Origin: Vairimorpha necatrix
Taxonomy: Eukaryota
NCBI GenBank assembly: GCA_036630325.1
Contig: CP142729.1
Location: forward strand, 1,116,001 to 1,180,000
Direction: 5' to 3'
Length of the DNA: 64,000 nucleotides
Position numbers and translations under genes: made by a program
In this document: positions 61,558-64,000 of the stretch, piece by piece
Position numbering within the stretch: the first letter of the stretch is position 1
How the letters are laid out: the number at the start of each line of letters is the position of its first letter
The notes under the pieces: model-generated
What the model saw: the letters and a program-made list of their open reading frames with translations, nothing else
What the model was told of the DNA's origin: nothing
Databases searched by the model: none

Positions 61558-63873
61558 TTAAATACTTCTCGTTACTAAATTTTTCTCTTTGTCATATAAA
61601 AATCCATTATCCAAAAATTCCTTACTTCCGAAGATATCTACTGGGCAACTTATCCCATATCCTTTTAGTTGTTTATCAAGTTCTTCCAGTAAAATATAAT
61701 TAGAATTATATGCTCTAATTCTCTCATTAAACATTTCTTTTAAGATGAATATTATGACGTCAGCATTACTCTTCTTGAAATATTTTAAAAATTTCTTCCT
61801 CATGTTTTTAGTTACTGAATATTTCTGTGCTCCCATGAAAGAATCTAATACAACAGAGATTGCTTCGTCGATATCTTCAAATGATACATAATTTCTTAAT
61901 TCCATCTTAGCAAATGCTTCACTTATTCTGATAATACACTCAATATGTCTGACAGTTATAGGCAGACCAGAAGAAATGCTTTCTCTTCTTAATTCTGAGT
62001 ATAAATTAGATATTTTGTCTACATTCACATTAGAAAATACAGGAGTGATATGTGTCTTGGCATATAAAATGTATTTCTTAAGGAATTCGTGGTCCAAAGA
62101 CTCGGCGTAATCAGAGACATTTCCTCTGTGTGAATTGAGAATATGATTGGCCATTATTTCATCTTCCTTAGAGTCAATATTATCCTTAACTACGCACAGG
62201 ATATCAAATCTAGAAAGAATAGGATCACTGAGATTTACATTCTGAGCAAAAGTAAGGGACGAATTATAAACACCCCTGGTAGGATTAGCTGCCGCTATGA
62301 CAGTGCATCTTGCATGTAAAGTGGCCACAATCCCCGCTTTAGAAATAGAAATAGACTGTTGTTCCATGGCTTCGTGGATAGAAGTACGATCATGATCATT
62401 CATTTTATCAAATTCGTCAATTAGACACACTCCATTGTCCGCTAGTACAAGAGCTCCACCTTCTAAGGTCCATTCCTTAATTACAGGATCTCGCCTTACA
62501 GAGGCAGTCAAGCCTACAGAACTCGCCCCTTGACCAGTGGCGAGTACTGCTCTATTACTAGTCTTCTCGACATATCTTAGAAATTGAGACTTGGCTGTCC
62601 CAGGGTCTCCTAGGAGTAAAACATTTATGTCTCCTCTGACCCTATGATTATTCTTCTCTTTCATTACTCCTCCAAAGAGCGCTATGGCTATAGCCCGCTT
62701 TACATTAAAATGTCCACATATAGAAGGCGCTATAGAATTAAAAATAATATTCTTCACATTTGGATTCTTAGAGAGTCTTTTAATCTCTTTTATATCTTCC
62801 TCATTTAATTTACATTGATTGACATTCTTCTCTATAAAAACACCCTCTATAACAGTAAAAAAGACAGGGAAGCCATTCTTAATATTTAATGATACATTGA
62901 AATTATTCTTGTAAATTCCTATAACTTCTATTTCTTCTCCAGGTTTGGCTGTATCAATCAAATCATAAAAAAGTAAAACTTCCTTGGATCTAGGCAGAGT
63001 ACCAGGCGGGACTGTACCTGGTACTTCCTGAAGAGTCAACTTCTGGAAATCCTTGTAAACTGTCTCGGAACTATTAATTGTAAAAGGACCCCTGCTCTGA
63101 CACTCGTAACAATGTGTGGGCTTTGATGAACTGGCCGAAAATGGGCCAAATACTGCTTGACACTTCATGCAAGTGTATTTTATAATAAAGAACTGGGGAA
63201 AGACACCAGTCCTTCTGGTGACTACCCCTTTAATCCTGACTAATTTATTAAGATGATTATTCCTAAGAGACCTAATATTTTCACTAATAGGGAGATCAAT
63301 AATCCTACAATGTAATTTCTTCTTGATCTGATCATAATTTGGGAAATATACTTTGACCACTTGCTCTAAGCCACTCTCAAATATTTCCAGAGTCTGCTCT
63401 GGATAACAATCTAGCAATTTCAATAATGTCTCATTGAAATCTGAAATGTCCATATAACTTACTCTGAGACTTTCTAGATTTTCAGAACACATTTCCTTAA
63501 TACATTTTATATATTTCTTATTTTTATGCGAATTAAGAAATTTTATAAATAAATTCTTGACTGCATGAATAAAAAATGTTTTCTCAAAAAACTTCTTGCA
63601 TAAATTATTTTCAGAAATAATTTTCTCTACGTCTACGTCCTGGTAATCTTCCTCAGATGGAGGATCAATTACTTCATTATAAGACGAATTTGTAGTGAAA
63701 TCCAAACTACTCTCTTGATACGCATCTGAAAATGATTCATTTACATTTTCATCTATGAAGTTTTCTTCTATTATTTCATCTTCACTGTAAGAGTCATTTT
63801 GTTCTCTAAATGGTTCCTCACTGGGCAATTCTTCCATATTTTCTTTTTCTTCATCAATTTTTCTTTTTGACAT
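61558..63873 (-). CDS. MCM2: DNA replication licensing factor Mcm2
   Basis: GVVTRRTGVFPQ, zinc finger C..C/C..C with QSRGPF, QEVPGTVPPGTLPRSKEV, GDPGTAKSQ, ATGQGASSVGLTA, IDEFDKM, SRFD, AQKYSV. The likely ATG is 63873, after CCCCC. Confidence 0.96.
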   Translation of the reverse strand: MSKRKIDEEKENMEELPSEEPFREQNDSYSEDEIIEENFIDENVNESFSDAYQESSLDFTTNSSYNEVIDPPSEEDYQDVDVEKIISENNLCKKFFEKTFFIHAVKNLFIKFLNSHKNKKYIKCIKEMCSENLESLRVSYMDISDFNETLLKLLDCYPEQTLEIFESGLEQVVKVYFPNYDQIKKKLHCRIIDLPISENIRSLRNNHLNKLVRIKGVVTRRTGVFPQFFIIKYTCMKCQAVFGPFSASSSKPTHCYECQSRGPFTINSSETVYKDFQKLTLQEVPGTVPPGTLPRSKEVLLFYDLIDTAKPGEEIEVIGIYKNNFNVSLNIKNGFPVFFTVIEGVFIEKNVNQCKLNEEDIKEIKRLSKNPNVKNIIFNSIAPSICGHFNVKRAIAIALFGGVMKEKNNHRVRGDINVLLLGDPGTAKSQFLRYVEKTSNRAVLATGQGASSVGLTASVRRDPVIKEWTLEGGALVLADNGVCLIDEFDKMNDHDRTSIHEAMEQQSISISKAGIVATLHARCTVIAAANPTRGVYNSSLTFAQNVNLSDPILSRFDILCVVKDNIDSKEDEIMANHILNSHRGNVSDYAESLDHEFLKKYILYAKTHITPVFSNVNVDKISNLYSELRRESISSGLPITVRHIECIIRISEAFAKMELRNYVSFEDIDEAISVVLDSFMGAQKYSVTKNMRKKFLKYFKKSNADVIIFILKEMFNERIRAYNSNYILLEELDKQLKGYGISCPVDIFGSKEFLDNGFLYDKEKNLVTRSI

Positions 63874-64000
63874 TAAAGGGGGAAAATTAATTAGGAAATT
63901 ATGAATTATCATCTTCATAACAATATGTATAAAATACGTTAATTATTATCATCTCTGTTGTATATATTATATAAATTGTTTTCTTGTTTCTAGATAATTA

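Overview
Very AT-rich eukaryotic DNA with intron-less, compact genes. Most start codons have a CCC motif just upstream, which points to a microsporidian, probably Nosema/Vairimorpha-like (inference). Host genes: PRP8 (split by one frameshift, with tandem-repeat insertions), a SANT-like unknown gene, eIF6, a p24/GOLD protein, 6-phosphogluconolactonase, RPL22, a probable TFB1, IMP4, an M48/STE24-like peptidase, thymidine kinase, NOP58, ELP4, an asparagine-synthetase-domain protein, a secreted unknown protein and MCM2. Much of the intergenic DNA is explained by mobile or decayed sequence. (1) A full Ty3/gypsy element with 124-bp LTRs sits inside a membrane-protein gene. (2) A 3.2-kb Ty3/gypsy element has 48-bp LTRs and no recognisable protease; a decayed relative and a 749-bp gag-only derivative with 55-bp LTRs lie nearby. 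(3) Two non-autonomous Helitrons, a Merlin transposon plus a remnant, an IS630/Tc1 remnant and a 5'-truncated RLE-type LINE. (4) A full-length decayed transketolase pseudogene. (5) A dispersed ~700-bp repeat family whose copies begin with a tRNA-like head (putative SINE), with at least 4 copies plus fragments. All alignments were made by eye; no searches were run.
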